Of a stretch of DNA of 33,130 nt, positions 1 to 9,937 are shown piece after piece; positions within the stretch are counted from its first letter, which is position 1, and each line of letters begins with the position of its first letter. Below the pieces are notes generated by a model. The model searched no databases, had not been told where the DNA came from, and worked only from the letters and a program-made list of their open reading frames with translations. Origin of the DNA: Candidatus Hydrogenedentota bacterium (GTDB taxonomy: Bacteria; Hydrogenedentota; Hydrogenedentia; Hydrogenedentales; SLHB01); NCBI GenBank assembly GCA_029974275.1, contig JARKSN010000074.1:1-33130 (forward strand). The letters are read 5' to 3'. Position numbers and translations under genes: made by a program.

Positions 1-434
1 CCGATGTCGTGCAGCAGCCCCGCCGTGAATACGTTGTCCGGAACCGGCATGGCCAGCGCCTTGGCCAATTCCTCGCACGCGATCGCCGTGGCCAGCGAAT
101 GCCGCAACAAGGCGTACGCGGGCAAGTCATATCCTGCGACAGGGCGGCGCGCCATGGGCGCGAACACCGAAGACACGATCAAATGAAAGGTCCGCTTCGA
201 ACCCAGCCGCACAAAGGCCTCGCGCACGGAGCCGATCTGTCTCGGCCCGCCAAAGTACGCGGAGTTCGCCAAGCGCAGCAGGTTGGACGTCATTCCCGGA
301 TCGCACTCGATGGCGCGCGCGATTTCGCCCGCATCCACCTCCGGACAGTCCAGCAAACGCATGACCCGGGTCATGGCCTCGGGCAACGCCGGCAACGCGA
401 ACACGCGATCAAGTATTTGTTTTCGGCGGCTCAC
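1..434 (-). CDS. HDOD domain-containing protein (3' end outside window; not in the ORF track)
   Basis: Manual translation from GTG at 434, which overlaps the cheD stop as GTGA: VSRRKQILDRVFALPALPEAMTRVMRLLD...IECDPGMTSNLLRLANSAYFG...SVREAFVRLG...HSLATA...FTAGLLHDIG. LP.LP, DP...LLRLANS and AGLLHDIG are HDOD motifs. Confidence 0.9.
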   Translation of the reverse strand, partial: MSRRKQILDRVFALPALPEAMTRVMRLLDCPEVDAGEIARAIECDPGMTSNLLRLANSAYFGGPRQIGSVREAFVRLGSKRTFHLIVSSVFAPMARRPVAGYDLPAYALLRHSLATAIACEELAKALAMPVPDNVFTAGLLHDI

Positions 435-907
435 AGCGCAACCTCTCGTCCGCCTGTCGTCACGTGCACGGCTCCGGTCGCCAAGGCAAACCGCATGGAT
501 CGCGCCATCGCGCCGCCCACGTCCTCGGCGGCGATGAGAAGCCCGTTTTTCCAGAGCAGTTTACGCATGACGACGTAATTGCGCGCCCCCGTCCTGAATA
601 CGCCCGCGTCGTTCAGGGGAGAGGCCCCGCCGGCGACTTTGACGACAAGCCGCTCTCGGCAAGCCCCGAGGTTCAGCATCGCCTGGATCAATGCGGAAAC
701 GCCGGTGTCCGTGAACAACGCGGGGCAGTTCTCGGCCCGGATCGGATCAAGGTGCGACAGCGGCAACAGGCAGTGCGCCATTCCGCCCGCTTTCAGCGCC
801 GGATCGTACGCCGTGATGCCCAAACACGATCCCAACGCGTACGTTGCCAGGACATCGCTGGGAGCGTTGGAAACTTTCAACTCCGCTATGCCTACGATCT
901 GTATCAC
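431..907 (-). CDS. cheD: Chemoreceptor glutamine deamidase CheD
   Basis: VGIAELKVS, TYALGSCLGI (catalytic Cys), GGMAHCLLP (His), KVAGGA, AEDVGG. Start placed at GTG 907; the ORF is open to 988. Confidence 0.92.
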   Translation of the reverse strand: MIQIVGIAELKVSNAPSDVLATYALGSCLGITAYDPALKAGGMAHCLLPLSHLDPIRAENCPALFTDTGVSALIQAMLNLGACRERLVVKVAGGASPLNDAGVFRTGARNYVVMRKLLWKNGLLIAAEDVGGAMARSMRFALATGAVHVTTGGREVAL

Positions 908-1013
908 CTCGGCGATTTCATCCCGTCCGCCGCTTTCCCAGCGGCCGTCAGACGTTCCCTTTCCCATCGTGCGAAGTCTTGCGAACAACGCGGCGCACGA
1001 TAACGGACACGCG

Positions 1014-2402
1014 CTATTCCACCGAGGTGAACTGAATCTTTCCGCGAAGCAGCCGCGCCCGCAACGGCCCTTGAATCTCGTCGGTCACCCGCATTTTGAC
1101 GTCGCGAATGCACAAGACCGTTTCCGGATAGAGCATTCGGCGCACGATGATGTCCGCATTCGGCTTGTCGCTGGCGATTTCGCGAATGGCGTCGATCTCC
1201 CGGCGAAGACACTGCGTCAATTCCCCAAGTTCGGTTCGCCGGGCCAACAGACCCGAGAGCGCCTCTCGCTTGCGTTCGGAGAGCGTATCCGCATAGTGAA
1301 CGACGGGATTCACCGCGGCATCGATGCGCGCAAGGTCGTCTTCGTATTGGCTGATCAACCGCTCGCGCAACGTGATTTCCGCGCTCACTTGGGCGGCTCC
1401 CGCCACGGTGAGTTGCGTCGGCACGCCCGCTTCGTTCCCGGCCTGGCTGACGACGATGCCCGAAAGCGCCACGATGTCGCTGCCTACGAACCGACCTCCG
1501 GGCGCGTTCACCGACCCGCACGTATAGACTTTGGAGTGGATGATTTCCCGCTCGACGAAAACGTCTCCCCCGGCCCGCACCTCGCTTTCGAGGATGAACC
1601 GCGCGTGGATGGTGCCTGCCGCGACGATTTGATGTCCCGGCGCTCCGGTGATGCCGCCCCGAACGCTCAGGTTGCCGCCGCATTGGATGTTCGAGGCCTC
1701 CACCAACCCGTAGACGTCGATGTCCCCTTCCGCGACCACGCCACTGCTGGCCTGCACGTCTCCATCGACAACAATCGCCCCGAGATGCCGGATGTCGCCC
1801 GTCTCGAGACCCACATTGCCGGACACCGTGTACACATCGTCCACCGAGAGAATATCGCTCGCAAAGCGAATCCTGCCCGATATGGAGGCATAGTAACACG
1901 TCTGATCGTCGTTCGTGTAGACGTTCGCGCCTGCCCGGATACGCGCCGATTTCGGGCGCTGCACGTGCACCAGCTTGCCAAACACGTCGCGGCCGTCCGT
2001 TCCCGGAACAGGCGCCGCGATTTCCGCCAGCAACTGCCCTTTGCAAACCTGCGGCTGGGCCAACCGCTTCCGGTAATCGATCGCCCCCGTCTCTTCGTCG
2101 ACCGAAAAGCCGCTCCCAAAAAAGTCCGACGTCCAGCGAATCACCCCGTCTCGAGCGGGAAGCGGCGGCTTTCCTTCCAACAAGACCGCCCCGGAAACAT
2201 CCGGGCCGGTTTCGAGCGCAAACCGAAGTCGGCCCTCCACGATCGACGGATCGGCCCGCTTGCCCAAACCCAAGCGATCGATTTCCTCCAACACCCGCTT
2301 CAACAAAAACTCGAAACGCTCCTCCGAGATGGCGCAATCCAACACGACGGCCATACGATCATCGGTAACGCGCACCTCAAAGGCTGTCGTCTCGTCGTCC
2401 AT
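1014..2402 (-). CDS. FapA/DUF342 family flagellar assembly protein
   Basis: G.PP...DG, IDYRK...V.KGQLLA, PGTDGRDVFG, V.GNV...TGDIRHLGAIVVDGDV beta-helix repeats, C-terminal coiled coil and LYPETVLCI. Start ATG 2402; the ORF is open to 2429. Confidence 0.88.
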   Translation of the reverse strand: MDDETTAFEVRVTDDRMAVVLDCAISEERFEFLLKRVLEEIDRLGLGKRADPSIVEGRLRFALETGPDVSGAVLLEGKPPLPARDGVIRWTSDFFGSGFSVDEETGAIDYRKRLAQPQVCKGQLLAEIAAPVPGTDGRDVFGKLVHVQRPKSARIRAGANVYTNDDQTCYYASISGRIRFASDILSVDDVYTVSGNVGLETGDIRHLGAIVVDGDVQASSGVVAEGDIDVYGLVEASNIQCGGNLSVRGGITGAPGHQIVAAGTIHARFILESEVRAGGDVFVEREIIHSKVYTCGSVNAPGGRFVGSDIVALSGIVVSQAGNEAGVPTQLTVAGAAQVSAEITLRERLISQYEDDLARIDAAVNPVVHYADTLSERKREALSGLLARRTELGELTQCLRREIDAIREIASDKPNADIIVRRMLYPETVLCIRDVKMRVTDEIQGPLRARLLRGKIQFTSVE

Positions 2403-2530
2403 AATCCATCCCCGATTTATCTTACCCAAACAACCTGCGCAACCCTGTCACCCGGTACATGTCCTCGCGCAATGCAGGAGAGAGGCGTCCTTCTCGGCGG
2501 CATCGTCTTACGCAGCATCATTCTTCTTGC

Positions 2531-2586
2531 ACTCTACCATCCTCTGGCGCACATGTCAAGGACATAAATAATAAATGTAATATATT
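2531..2586 (-). promoter_or_regulatory. Sigma70-type promoter for the fapA-cheD-HDOD operon, with an AT-rich UP-like element
   Basis: Minus strand TTGACA (2559-2554), 17 nt spacer, TAGAGT (2536-2531) preceded by TGG (extended -10). The AT-rich tract at 2562-2586 lies just upstream. Confidence 0.7.
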
Positions 2587-2966
2587 CGATATCTTGTGCG
2601 TAAATAACGGGGATTGCGGTTACGGCAGATTCAACGCATACTACTATCCTGTTTGTCGTACGTGTACATTCCTAGACAGGGCGATGATGGATCATTCTCT
2701 TCCCGGACTTTCCTGTGCACATCAGCGCCTTTTCCCGGCACACTGCCTCCGCTCTCGAGGGAAACTCGACTACAAGCGACGAGAGGGTATCCGTGACGCC
2801 GCAGCCGGAACGTTCGATGCGGCTCCTGCCTGCGACTCATCAAGGTTTATTGCCTCTAGACAAGGCGGCGCGGAGATGAGCCGCTCAGCGAAGATCAACG
2901 GCGGCCTCCCTCGCCGCAAAGGACAGTACGGCTTGATTTTTCAATATGATGGCCAAGGGAAAACCC

Positions 2967-2996
2967 TTGACTTGTCGGAAGAGGCTAGTGTAGAAC
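2967..2996 (+). promoter_or_regulatory. Possible sigma70 promoter for the M4 protease
   Basis: TTGACT-18 nt-TAGAAC. The -35 overlaps the palindrome CAAGGG-AAAA-CCCTTG (2954-2969). Confidence 0.35.
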
Positions 2997-3176
2997 AGAA
3001 GAGGTGGAAATGTGTCCCTTTGTGCGCCTTGTCCGTCGTGGAGTGGGCGGAAGTCCGGCCCATTTCGGATGACGGGGATGAGCCCGGGAAGAGCTGTTTT
3101 TTGGGGCGCGAGGCGTGATACGCGGACAAACGACGGGCACGGCGCCGCAGCGCGTGCCGGAGGCAGGAGATCTACC

Positions 3177-6100
3177 ATGCGTTTCTCGTGGAAACTGGCG
3201 GCATTCGCGGCAATTCTGGGTTTTCCGCTTACGGCGATCGCAGCCGATCTTTCGCGCGAGGACGTGAAAGAAGTGTTCAAATCGCTCAAGGGCGCCGCGG
3301 CCACGCTGCCCCCTTTGGCGATGCAGGATGAGAACGGGAATTTGGTGAATCTCGGCGCTCCCCGCAGCGCGGTTTTCGGCGTCGGGGGGGAAGCGCAGCC
3401 TGCGGCGAAATCGGCGTTTCCGTTGTCCCCGGAAGACCTTGCTCTGGAATTCATGACCGAACACGCCACGGCATTCGGCATGGCGAGTCCCAAGCTGCGG
3501 ATCGTGCCGTCGAAAGTTCAGCGCGACGCCGAAGGCGCCAACGTCAAGTTTGATCAATATTATGCGGGACTTCCCGTTTTCGGCGCGCGCATCAACGTGA
3601 ACCTCAACGAGGACGGCGCCGTCAAGTCCGTGACCACCGGCGCGTTGCGCGATACGGAAGTCTTCGACAAAGGCATCGTATCGCTGACGCCCCGCGCCAG
3701 TTCGGCCAAGGCGAAAACCATGGGCGTCTCCGCCGTGCAGCGCGACTATCCGGATCAGGCGATGACGGCCTCCTCCGCCGACCTGGCCGTGTATGATCCG
3801 GGGATGCTGGCCAAACAGGGAAAGCCGCGGCTGGTGTGGCGTTTCCGCGTGAAAGGGGCGCCATCCAGCCTGATCCACGAACAGGTGTTGGCCGACGCCC
3901 ACACCGCCGAAGTGCTGTTGCGCTATTCGCTGGTGGCCCAGGCCAAAATGCGCAAAATCTACGACGGCAGGGATTCCCTGACCGTGTTTCCCCCCGGATA
4001 CCGGGCGCGATTCGAAGGCGATCTGGCCTCGTCGGTGACGGACGTGAATAACGCCTACGATTATTTGGGCGACACCTACGACTTTTACTACAACAATTAC
4101 GGCCGAGACAGTTTTGATAACAAAGGCGTTCCCTTGGGCGCGACGGTCCGGTTTTGCAGTTATTCCTATGGATGTCCCATGCGGAACGCGTTTTTCGCGG
4201 GGGACGCCGACGTCGACCTGGACAAGGGGGCGAGGGAAAACGACTACACCAATCGCATGTATTTTGGAAGAAGCTTCGTGACGGACGATGTCGCAGCGCA
4301 TGAGTTGACCCACGCCGTCACGGCCTATTCGTCGCAACTCATCTATTCGCAGGAATCGGGCGCTCTGAGTGAAATGATGTCGGACGTCTTCGGCGAAGCG
4401 GTGGACCAGGTGAACGGCAAAGGCAACGATGCGCCGAGCGTGAAGTGGGTGATGGGCGAGGACATTCCGTACGAAGGATACACGCGCGACCTTGCGGATC
4501 CCACGAAGATCATCAACCGGATGTATGACTGGAGTTTCATGGTGCGGGATTACCCCATGCCCGATCGTTATCTCGGGCCGGGGTGGTACGACGGGTGGCA
4601 GGACAGAGGGGGCGTGCATCATAACTGTTCCGTCGGCAGCAAGGCCTTCTTCCTGCTGAGCGACGGACAAGAGTTCAACAACCATTTCGTGAGCGGCATC
4701 GGGCTGCTCAAGGCGGCGCGCATTTTCTACGCGACCCAGGTCAAGTATCTCGTCCCGTCGTCGCAATACTATGATTTGGGATTCTCGCTGGTTCAGGCGG
4801 CCACGGACCAGAATCCGGCGATCATCACCGACGAGGACGTGTTCAATGTCTACCAGGCGTGTTACGCCGTCCAGATACTGAAAAACTCGTACAACAACAT
4901 GAGTTTTGCGGAAAAGCTGCCTTCGTGCCGCGTCACCCCCCGCGCAGGCTCCAATGCAGTGACCGTGACCTGGACCAATCCCTCCGCCGAATCCGGCTAC
5001 GCCTATACGGCGGTGGTCCGCAAGATGAACGAGTTTGTCTATTCGCCGTACGATCCGTCCGGCCAAGTGGTCTACACAGGAGCAGGACAACGCTTTGTCG
5101 ACAATTTGACGGTGGCCGGAAGCGAATACTACTACAGCGTGTTCGCCTTCTTTGGAAACGAGCGCCGCGGATACAGCCAGCGAGCCCTGAACCATGTGGT
5201 GGCGGGAACGCATACCCCCGATCACCTGAGCGAAGCCTTCTCGTTCTTTGCGCCCGTCGATCTCGCGCAAAAGCAAATCACCTTTGCGCCCATAGGCGAT
5301 CCGCGCCTCGCGGCGGCCTCCAAAAGACCCGAGGACTACGTCAACTACTCGAATTACGCGGGCAGTTCCATCGACTATCCCAGCAGCGACCTTCCGGTCA
5401 CGCGCGGCAACGCGATTCTCGTCAACCCCTCCGAAGACGGATTCGTCCAAATTCCCACGCTGCCCATAGCGATTCCGTTCATGGGCAACGAGTATGCGAG
5501 TTGGATCATCGCGGCAAACGGCTACATCATGCCCACCGTGCTCTTCCAGCAATTTGGCCTCAACGAGTACAGTGCGGCCAATTTCACGCCGACGTATTTG
5601 AACCACTACTCGATACCGCGCATTTCCCCCTTGTTCGCCGATCTTTCGCCCGAAGCGGGCGGCCAGGTTTGGTATAAGGTCCTCCCCGATAAGCTTGTCG
5701 TCACCTGGGAGAACATCCGAGAATACGGTCGCCTGGCGGCCAACACGTTCCAGGCGGAAATTTTCTTCAGCGGCCATATCCGCTTCACCTATGCCGATGT
5801 CAACGCGCGCAATGCCGTGGCCGGGATATCCGACGGACGCGGCGTGCCGCAAGACCCGGTCATCGCCGGCAAAACGCTCATGAGCGATCTAAGCGAGCTT
5901 CCCGCGCCTTCGGTGGTCACGCTCGATCCGATTCCGGTGCAATACAGCGAGGAACAACAGCGCATCACCTTCACGGCCCGCGCTTCCGCGCCGGTGGGCA
6001 GGCCGGTTATCACCATGAGCGGGCTTCCCATGAATGCCGTGTACCGGCAAAACGGCGACGGCTCGGCCACGTTTGATTGGACCCCCGGCTTCAACGATTC

Positions 6101-6653
6101 CGGAAGTTTGTCGGTGTTCGTGATGGCCTCCTTGGGGCCGGAGAGCGCCAGCCAGTACGTGAAGTTGGTGGTCGCCGACAAGCATCGACTGCCCGTCGCG
6201 AACAATTTAACCTTGTTCCCGGAAGATCCGACAGACGACGACATGCTGGAAGGCGATTTTTCCTCCATCGATTTGGATTCGATCGCCACGGGCGAGCCAT
6301 CGATCTACTGGTTCCGGAACAACGCCTGGGCCCCGGCCTTTCAAGATCGCCGCACCCTGCCGGCTTCCGCGACGCGAGTCGGCGACAAGTGGTATTTCGT
6401 GGTCGTGCTGCGTTCCGCGAACAACTTGGCGGGTTCGCCCGTGCAATCGCCGATCCGGACGATCGGAGCGGTCAAGATCGGCGATTTTAACAAGGACGGA
6501 GCGGTGGACGCGGTGGACGTGCAGATGGCCATCCACGGGGCCTTGCGCTTGTCCGATCTCAAGCGGTATGCGGCGGACGTGAACAAGGACGGCGTGACCG
6601 ATGCGCTGGATGTGCAAATGGTCATTAACAGCGCGTTAGGACTGTATCGATAG
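3177..6653 (+). CDS. Secreted multidomain M4 (thermolysin-like) zinc metalloprotease with propeptide, Fn3-like, nidogen-like, Ig-like and C-terminal dockerin-like domains
   Basis: RBS GGAGGCAGGAG, then ATG 3177 and signal peptide MRFSWKLAAFAAILGFPLTAIA. FTP propeptide FDQYYAGLPVFGA; NAFF; AAHELTHAVT; ESGALSEMMSD; GGVHHNCS. C-terminal duplicated GDFNKDGAVDAVDVQ / ADVNKDGVTDALDVQ. Confidence 0.9.
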   Translation: MRFSWKLAAFAAILGFPLTAIAADLSREDVKEVFKSLKGAAATLPPLAMQDENGNLVNLGAPRSAVFGVGGEAQPAAKSAFPLSPEDLALEFMTEHATAFGMASPKLRIVPSKVQRDAEGANVKFDQYYAGLPVFGARINVNLNEDGAVKSVTTGALRDTEVFDKGIVSLTPRASSAKAKTMGVSAVQRDYPDQAMTASSADLAVYDPGMLAKQGKPRLVWRFRVKGAPSSLIHEQVLADAHTAEVLLRYSLVAQAKMRKIYDGRDSLTVFPPGYRARFEGDLASSVTDVNNAYDYLGDTYDFYYNNYGRDSFDNKGVPLGATVRFCSYSYGCPMRNAFFAGDADVDLDKGARENDYTNRMYFGRSFVTDDVAAHELTHAVTAYSSQLIYSQESGALSEMMSDVFGEAVDQVNGKGNDAPSVKWVMGEDIPYEGYTRDLADPTKIINRMYDWSFMVRDYPMPDRYLGPGWYDGWQDRGGVHHNCSVGSKAFFLLSDGQEFNNHFVSGIGLLKAARIFYATQVKYLVPSSQYYDLGFSLVQAATDQNPAIITDEDVFNVYQACYAVQILKNSYNNMSFAEKLPSCRVTPRAGSNAVTVTWTNPSAESGYAYTAVVRKMNEFVYSPYDPSGQVVYTGAGQRFVDNLTVAGSEYYYSVFAFFGNERRGYSQRALNHVVAGTHTPDHLSEAFSFFAPVDLAQKQITFAPIGDPRLAAASKRPEDYVNYSNYAGSSIDYPSSDLPVTRGNAILVNPSEDGFVQIPTLPIAIPFMGNEYASWIIAANGYIMPTVLFQQFGLNEYSAANFTPTYLNHYSIPRISPLFADLSPEAGGQVWYKVLPDKLVVTWENIREYGRLAANTFQAEIFFSGHIRFTYADVNARNAVAGISDGRGVPQDPVIAGKTLMSDLSELPAPSVVTLDPIPVQYSEEQQRITFTARASAPVGRPVITMSGLPMNAVYRQNGDGSATFDWTPGFNDSGSLSVFVMASLGPESASQYVKLVVADKHRLPVANNLTLFPEDPTDDDMLEGDFSSIDLDSIATGEPSIYWFRNNAWAPAFQDRRTLPASATRVGDKWYFVVVLRSANNLAGSPVQSPIRTIGAVKIGDFNKDGAVDAVDVQMAIHGALRLSDLKRYAADVNKDGVTDALDVQMVINSALGLYR

Positions 6654-6668
6654 CCGCCTGATCGCGCG

Positions 6669-8546
6669 TCACGCAAGGCCGCGTTTCGCGCCGCGCGTCA
6701 ATTTCTCGAGGTGGATGTGCAGCATGGCGATATCGGTGGGCCGCACCCCGGGGATGCGCGCCGCCTGACCCAGGGTCAAGGGGCGCGTTTGCGCCAACCG
6801 CTGTTTGCTTTCCATGGGAATGCCGCTGAGGGATAGATAGTCGATGTCCCCGGGTATGGGGTGCGCTTCGGTTTCGCGGAACCGCTCCAGGGCGCGCTCC
6901 TGCTTTTCAAAATACCCGCGGTATTTCACCTGAATTTCCACTTGCTCGGCTATCTCGAACGACAATGCCGCAGGGGGCGGCGCCATTTCCCACAAAGTCT
7001 GGATGCGCAGGCCGGGCCGCGTGAGCAAGTGCGACGCTTTTACGGCGCCGGCGAGCCGCCCCGCGCCGTCGATGGCGAGCCGCCGATCGACTTCTTCGGA
7101 AGGGTGGACCGTTGTCTCGTCCAACCGTTGTATCTCGTCAGCGACCGCTTGTTGCTTGGCGCGCGTTCGCGCGACAAACGATTCTCCCCCGATGCCCTTG
7201 TGCGCGAGGCGCGCGTCGGCATTGTCATGGCGCAGCGCCAGGCGGTATTCCGCGCGCGACGTGAACAGGCGATAGGGCTCGAGCACGCCGCGCGTCACCA
7301 AATCATCCGCCATCACGCCGATATAGGCTTCATGGCGCCCGAGAACGAGAGGCTCCTCGCCGCGCACCATGCGCACCGCGTTCAGAGCGGCGTAGAGGCC
7401 TTGCCCCGCCGCCTCTTCATACCCCGAGGTGCCGTTGATCTGGCCTGCGTGAAACAAGCCGCGCACGCGTTTCGTTTCGAGCGTCGGCTTAAGCTGGATG
7501 GGGTTTACGAAATCATATTCGACCGCATAGCCTGGCCGAATGATTTCCGCCGCTTCCAGTCCGGGAATCGTGCGCAGCATCGCGTATTGCACGTCTTCCG
7601 GCAGGCTTGTCGAAAGACCGTTCACGTAGATTTCCGCCGTGTCCAGCCCTTCCGGCTCCAGAAATAGATGATGCGAAGTCCGCTCGGCGAATCGAAAGAC
7701 TTTGTCCTCGATGCTCGGGCAATAGCGAGTGCCCGTTCCTTCGATTTTCCCGGAGAACATCGGCGACCGATCGAGATTGGCGCGAATCACGCCGTGGGTC
7801 GCCTCGTTCGTGTGCGTGATCCAGCACACGACGCGGTTGGGATGAAAACCCTCGATGGGCGTCGAAAACGAAAAGGGGCGCGGGTCCTCGTCGCCGGGCT
7901 GCTCGATCAACGCGCTGAAATCGATGCTGCGTCGATGCAAGCGCGGACACGTGCCGGTCTTGAGGCGCCCCACGTCGAATCCAGCGGCGCGATACCACGC
8001 GCCAAGCCCGGTGGCGGCCATGTCGCCGGCGCGTCCGCCCGGCACGCCGGTCATGCCAAAATGCAGCATGCCGTTGAGGAACGTCCCGGTGCAGACGATG
8101 ACCGCGCGCGCCGCGAATGTTGCGCCCGTCGCGGTGCGAACGCCGCGCACGGCGCCATCCTCGACCAGCAGTTCGTCAACGACCCCTTGCTTGAGCGTCA
8201 GATACGGCTCCGCTTCGCACACGCGCTTCATGTCGTATTGGTAGGCCGTGCGGTCCGCCTGGGCGCGCGGCGAATGCACCGCCGGCCCCTTTGAGCGGTT
8301 GAGCATTTTGAACTGGATGCCTGTCCGATCGATGCACCGCCCCATTTCGCCGCCGAGGGCGTCGATCTCGCGCACGACCTGGCCCTTGGCCACGCCGCCG
8401 ATGGCTGGGTTGCACGACATCCGCGCGATATGGTCGAGCTGCATGGTCAGCATCAACGTGCGATGCCCCGATCGCGCGCACGCCAACGCCGCCTCGACGC
8501 CCGCGTGTCCGCCGCCCACTACAATCGCTTCAAAGTCTGTTCTCAT
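6669..8546 (-). CDS. mnmG: tRNA uridine-5-carboxymethylaminomethyl(34) synthesis enzyme MnmG (GidA)
   Basis: [73 protein letters not shown]. Confidence 0.97.
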   Translation of the reverse strand: MRTDFEAIVVGGGHAGVEAALACARSGHRTLMLTMQLDHIARMSCNPAIGGVAKGQVVREIDALGGEMGRCIDRTGIQFKMLNRSKGPAVHSPRAQADRTAYQYDMKRVCEAEPYLTLKQGVVDELLVEDGAVRGVRTATGATFAARAVIVCTGTFLNGMLHFGMTGVPGGRAGDMAATGLGAWYRAAGFDVGRLKTGTCPRLHRRSIDFSALIEQPGDEDPRPFSFSTPIEGFHPNRVVCWITHTNEATHGVIRANLDRSPMFSGKIEGTGTRYCPSIEDKVFRFAERTSHHLFLEPEGLDTAEIYVNGLSTSLPEDVQYAMLRTIPGLEAAEIIRPGYAVEYDFVNPIQLKPTLETKRVRGLFHAGQINGTSGYEEAAGQGLYAALNAVRMVRGEEPLVLGRHEAYIGVMADDLVTRGVLEPYRLFTSRAEYRLALRHDNADARLAHKGIGGESFVARTRAKQQAVADEIQRLDETTVHPSEEVDRRLAIDGAGRLAGAVKASHLLTRPGLRIQTLWEMAPPPAALSFEIAEQVEIQVKYRGYFEKQERALERFRETEAHPIPGDIDYLSLSGIPMESKQRLAQTRPLTLGQAARIPGVRPTDIAMLHIHLEKLTRGAKRGLA

Positions 8547-8575
8547 GGAGCCCCTGCCTTGTTGGAAGACCGGAC

Positions 8576-8604
8576 ATTATAGCGAAAGTCGTTCGCGCGA
8601 CGAA
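8576..8604 (-). promoter_or_regulatory. Putative sigma70 promoter of mnmG
   Basis: Minus strand TTCGTC-17 nt-TATAAT, about 30 nt upstream of the ATG. Confidence 0.5.
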
Positions 8605-8692
8605 GCGGCGGTTGAACGCTATCCTTTCTTCTGTTACTTTCAGGAAGCGGCGGCGGGGATGGACGATTCGTAATGGAACGGCGGGAACGCGC

Positions 8693-9742
8693 ATGAAGGC
8701 CCTTCGGCAGCGACACGGTCTGACGTTCATCGAATTTCTGATGGTCATCACTATCTTCAGCATAGTCGCGGCCATATTGTTGCCGGTTCTGGCGCGCGCG
8801 CGGCAAGCGGCCTTGCGCACGCATTGCATGAACAACATGCGCCAGTTGGGCCTCATTTTCCGCATGTTCGCGGATACGAACCGGGGGGTGTATCCTCCGG
8901 GCGCGCCGAATGCGCCGTGGGGCGAAGCGCCTGCCGTTGGCGATGCGCGCCGTCTTGTGCGGAATAATTTCATCTGCGATCCGAGCGCTCTCTTCCCGGA
9001 TTATGTGGACAATTTCAACGTATTTCACTGCCGGGCCTCGGAACGGCCCAAATCCGATCCGAATGCGCCTTGGTTCACCGATGTCACATTCACCCGGGAT
9101 CGCATCCACCCGGCCGTGGCCGCCGATCCGCGCAACGCCGAAGCCCTGAGCCGTCTCTTGGGCGAAGGAGCCCGGCCGGATCCCGAATGCCTGACCAACC
9201 AAATGTACACCTATTTGCCGTACGCGGTGATCACGCAAGCGCAAGGGGTGTTTTTGTGGAACGAACTCCATCGGCGCATGCACGCGGGCGAAATTGATTT
9301 CATGAAGGACGATCTCCTCGTCCCCGGCGGGCATGGGCCTGGCGGCGGCGACATCTTTTACCGGGTGCGCGACGGCGTCACCCGGTTTTTTCAGGTAGAC
9401 GCGGACGATCCGGCTCGCAACGCCATTGCGGAAAAGGACATCCCCGTTCTCTACGACAGCGTCGCGGCGGATAACGGAGCGCCTTTTGTCAACCATATTT
9501 GGCCGCTGGGGGGCAATGTGTTGTACATGGACGGCCACGCGGAGTTCCGGCGCCTGCCGAGCGTCGCGCCGGAAATTCCCTATTCACAAGAGTTGATGGA
9601 ATGGACGCGCCGGAATGTTTACGACAATACCCCGCTTCTCAACGCGCCGCCGTGGTGCAGCAACCGCCCGGCGGGAGTCCCATTCGAACCGCGCTACCGC
9701 TATTATCCGCACGATCCCAGGTATCTGGGACTGATTTTCTGA
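8693..9742 (+). CDS. Prepilin-type N-terminal cleavage/methylation domain protein with H-X9-DG-type C-terminal motif (DUF1559-like)
   Basis: RQRHG-LTFIEFLMVITIFSIVAAILLPVLARARQAA...C.NNMRQLG at the N-terminus, and NHIWPLGGNVLYMDGHAEF near the C-terminus. Confidence 0.85.
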   Translation: MKALRQRHGLTFIEFLMVITIFSIVAAILLPVLARARQAALRTHCMNNMRQLGLIFRMFADTNRGVYPPGAPNAPWGEAPAVGDARRLVRNNFICDPSALFPDYVDNFNVFHCRASERPKSDPNAPWFTDVTFTRDRIHPAVAADPRNAEALSRLLGEGARPDPECLTNQMYTYLPYAVITQAQGVFLWNELHRRMHAGEIDFMKDDLLVPGGHGPGGGDIFYRVRDGVTRFFQVDADDPARNAIAEKDIPVLYDSVAADNGAPFVNHIWPLGGNVLYMDGHAEFRRLPSVAPEIPYSQELMEWTRRNVYDNTPLLNAPPWCSNRPAGVPFEPRYRYYPHDPRYLGLIF

Positions 9743-9806
9743 GGAACCCGGGGGTAAGAACCGGGGAGGAATGGCGGCCGGGCGGTCTGCGGGCTCCGGC
9801 GAAACG

Positions 9807-9836
9807 TTGCATTTACAGGCAGAGTTTCCGTATAAA
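9807..9836 (+). promoter_or_regulatory. Putative sigma70 promoter upstream of the TPR protein gene
   Basis: TTGCAT-18 nt-TATAAA, about 100 nt upstream of ATG 9938. Confidence 0.4.
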
Positions 9837-9937
9837 TCCTAAAGGATATGGCGGGTTGATGCGGCGATCCGGGAAGGCGCTTTCCGGAGAAACGGCGTTT
9901 TCAGTCTTGCAAGCGCGAGACAACGAGGTTCACACCG

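Noticed and set aside
2700..2716. Minus-strand AGGAAAGTCCGGG resembling the RNase P RNA P4 5' motif
   Set aside because: It is not followed by the expected CTCC/CAC continuation, no ACAGAA.CCGGCTTA 3' motif is seen, and the RNA would run across the fapA promoter into the gene.
2459..3118. 219-aa plus-strand ORF in the fapA/M4 gap
   Set aside because: It overlaps both predicted promoters, has atypical composition and shows no recognisable domain.
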